This document shows, in pieces, positions 61,736-64,000 of a stretch of 64,000 nucleotides of DNA. The notes beneath the pieces were generated by a model. It saw nothing but the letters and a program-made list of their open reading frames with translations, was not told the DNA's origin and did no database searches. The DNA comes from Candidatus Kapaibacterium sp. (GTDB lineage Bacteria > Bacteroidota > Ignavibacteria > Kapaibacteriales > UBA2268): the NCBI GenBank assembly GCA_963664875.1, contig OY761611.1:1472001-1536000 (forward strand), given 5' to 3'. The first letter of the stretch is position 1, and every line of letters starts with the position of its first letter. A program made the translations under genes and the position numbers.

Positions 61736-62521
61736 ATGAGATACATCATTCTGTTTTTATTAGCTATCAATATTGCCTTTTCGCAAAATCAAATGGCAAT
61801 TACGATTGATGATTTGCCATATACCTATTCAGGCAAGTTAGCCAAAACAGTCAGAGATTCCATACTTATTAAAATAACAGATACATTGTTTGCCAAATCG
61901 ACTTTTGCAACCGGTTTTGTAATTGGAAAAAACATTGATACTAACTCAATAAATCTGATTAAGTATTTCACTTCCAAGGGGAATACAATAGCCAATCATA
62001 CATTTTCACATTATAGTGCAAATAAAGTTGATGCTGATTTATTTTGTCGTGATATTGCAAAATGTTCGGAAATTATAAGCAACATGGATAATTACGAACC
62101 ATTCTTCCGCTATCCGATGTTGCACATCGGCAATACAGTAGCCAAACGAGATAGTATCATAAATTATCTTAGCTCAGAAAAACTAATCATTGCTCCGGTT
62201 ACTTTAGACAATGATGAATACCTTTATAATAAATACTATGTAGATTCTATTGCTTCAGGCAACTTTGCAGCAGCTGACAGCATTGCAGATGAATATTTAC
62301 GCTATATGTCGGCTTTATGTAAAAAGGCAATCGCTGACTCCAATTCTAGCCCCAACTATCCAAATACTCAAATCACCCTACTGCACGCAAATCTTCTTAA
62401 CAGCAGATACTTAGGAAAATTGTTAGATATTTTAAAAGCCGATGGCTGGCAATTTATAAGTCTTGAAAAAGCTGTAAAGATTGTTCTTCCTGAAAATACA
62501 GAAAGAACAATATCTGATTAA
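61736..62521 (+). CDS. Polysaccharide deacetylase (CE4) family, exported
   Basis: Start MRYIILF with signal peptide; TIDDLP, NHTFSH, FRYP, LLH. Confidence 0.85.
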   Translation: MRYIILFLLAINIAFSQNQMAITIDDLPYTYSGKLAKTVRDSILIKITDTLFAKSTFATGFVIGKNIDTNSINLIKYFTSKGNTIANHTFSHYSANKVDADLFCRDIAKCSEIISNMDNYEPFFRYPMLHIGNTVAKRDSIINYLSSEKLIIAPVTLDNDEYLYNKYYVDSIASGNFAAADSIADEYLRYMSALCKKAIADSNSSPNYPNTQITLLHANLLNSRYLGKLLDILKADGWQFISLEKAVKIVLPENTERTISD

Positions 62522-62702
62522 GATTTTCAATGAATCTAAACATTGCATAGCTTGCCAATATTAGCTAAAGATTAGTCCTGCCATACCTTTAGATTATTTC
62601 GTGTTGGGTTTTGCAACAAATTTACGAAATGCGAGTATATTAATATAAGCAGTATAAAGCGAGTTTTGAATTTATTGTGTCAGTAATTCATGGGAGGATA
62701 TT

Positions 62703-62789
62703 ATGGGATTACACCGACTCAAAGTAAAGATACTAATTGCAATGGGGCTTTTAGCTATAGCCCTTACTCAACTTGCAGCTCATCTATGA
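62703..62789 (+). CDS. Unannotated 28-aa hydrophobic peptide
   Basis: GGGAGG 5 nt before the ATG; MGLHRLKVKILIAMGLLAIALTQLAAHL*; 14-bp terminator stem downstream. Confidence 0.5.
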   Translation: MGLHRLKVKILIAMGLLAIALTQLAAHL

Positions 62790-62843
62790 TGCCATTAAAC
62801 CTAGAAAGAGCTAAAACAACAGCTCTATAAGTCATATTTTATA

Positions 62844-62885
62844 AACAAAGGAATGCATACAATCTGCATTCCTTTGTTGGTTTTT
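62844..62885. terminator. Strong hairpin terminator
   Basis: Perfect 14-bp stem AACAAAGGAATGCA/TGCATTCCTTTGTT, then GGTTTTT. Confidence 0.75.
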
Positions 62886-62948
62886 AGACATATTTGATTT
62901 TACAATCAAGTACAATTCAGATTAGATTTGACCACCATCTACCAAAAT

Positions 62949-64000
62949 CTATTCTATTACAACTACGACTGATCTGCTAAGCTGGCGTTGTAGCGGTCCT
63001 TGCTGATTGATTTTAAAATCTCCTTGAAGTTCTATACTCGGAGCATTTTTATTTGTTCCAATCAACTTTTCTGCAGCCTTAGCTCTTGCTTTTGCAAGGT
63101 TTATATTATAGTCCTCTGTGCCAAGCTGATCAGTTAGTGGTATGATTGTTACCTTCTTGCCTTCGTCGAGAGCTCTACGTACCTGCTCTAAAGCATAATT
63201 ATCATAAGAAATAAACTGCTTGCCGTCGAAATCAAAAAATCCTAAATAAAAATATTGTCCACCCTGGTGAATGTTGTTGATAGAAGTAGATACATTTCGT
63301 CGAATATAATTCAACTTAGCTTTAATGTTATCACTCTTTTCTCGCTGAGCAGCGTCAGTAATATAGCCGTGAACGATAATCTCGTCAGGCATACTGCTTA
63401 AAGTAGGTGAAAATATATTAGCACTGCTGAGTTTGTACATCTTACCATCTACCTGATACATAAACTCCTCAGCATAAGGTCGGGAATCAACGATTATATT
63501 AGATTCTATGCGAAATTCCGGTGATTCGACTTCGTTTAACTCTCTTGTTATCACTTCGTATGCAAAAGCCTTGTTCGTTGTGTTTTCTATCTCTATATAT
63601 TCCAATTCTTCATAAAGCTCTTTATATTTGAGCGAACCTGTATCTTGCACGATAAATTTGCTATTGATTACTACATCACTATTGAATGATTTAAACAAAT
63701 CTGTTACTTTTCGTAATCTATTTTCTGCAACTTCCTTACCGGTGCTGCCCGCATAAGAGACAATCAAGTTGATTTCATCATTTTGAGAAAGTGCATTGAT
63801 TGCAATTTCCTCTACGCTTTTAGGATAATAGTAATCAGCACCCTTAAAGTAAATCTTTGCTGCCGGAAGCGAAATATAATCTACATTTCTGTAAATATCA
63901 TAATACACATCTACAGACTGATTATTAGCACAAGCCTTATCAGCTACATATAAATCTATATCATATTCAAGTTTTTCGGGGATAGGAGGTCTTTCAGGCA
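62949..64000 (-). CDS. 3' part of an OmpA-like-domain protein, probable paralog of 23821..25959; 5' end is outside the window
   Basis: The frame stays open to position 64000. IYFKG..NRL and FDFDG..TDQLGTEDYNINLAKARA..SRSVVVVIE mirror the two OmpA-like blocks of the other gene. Confidence 0.65.
   Translation of the reverse strand, partial: PERPPIPEKLEYDIDLYVADKACANNQSVDVYYDIYRNVDYISLPAAKIYFKGADYYYPKSVEEIAINALSQNDEINLIVSYAGSTGKEVAENRLRKVTDLFKSFNSDVVINSKFIVQDTGSLKYKELYEELEYIEIENTTNKAFAYEVITRELNEVESPEFRIESNIIVDSRPYAEEFMYQVDGKMYKLSSANIFSPTLSSMPDEIIVHGYITDAAQREKSDNIKAKLNYIRRNVSTSINNIHQGGQYFYLGFFDFDGKQFISYDNYALEQVRRALDEGKKVTIIPLTDQLGTEDYNINLAKARAKAAEKLIGTNKNAPSIELQGDFKINQQGPLQRQLSRSVVVVIE

Overview
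AT-rich, mostly core chromosomal region from an FCB-group bacterium. Ca. Kapabacteria or Ignavibacteria-like is inferred from T9SS-type C-terminal domains, PorV, GWxTD, TAnnTTTG promoters and chemotaxis genes. Housekeeping genes include the 5' end of guaA, rpmA-rplU, tRNA-Leu(TAG)-tig-clpP-clpX, ligA, radC, cutA, purine nucleoside phosphorylase, yggS, deoC, amtB, a DEAD-box helicase and rlpA. The most notable feature is a ~17 kb co-oriented minus-strand envelope block (8768-25959). In transcription order it encodes a beta-barrel protein with two OmpA-like domains, an ECF sigma factor, a predicted dual-membrane-spanning anti-sigma factor, a TonB-dependent-receptor-like barrel, a 1688-aa protein with an atypical T9SS-like C-terminal domain, a PorV/PorQ-family barrel, a GWxTD protein, a lipid A acyltransferase and a heptosyltransferase. 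No SusD partner is present. Other points of interest are a low-GC PD-(D/E)xK + SEC-C gene, a chemoreceptor with about 16 HAMP-like units, duplicated lipoprotein alkaline phosphatases with unusual active-site residues, a YghO/ceramide-synthase-like GNAT, an LRR + small HTH gene pair, and an unannotated 28-aa hydrophobic peptide gene. No CRISPR array, transposase, integrase or prophage gene was seen. All calls come from reading motifs by eye; no database searches were run.
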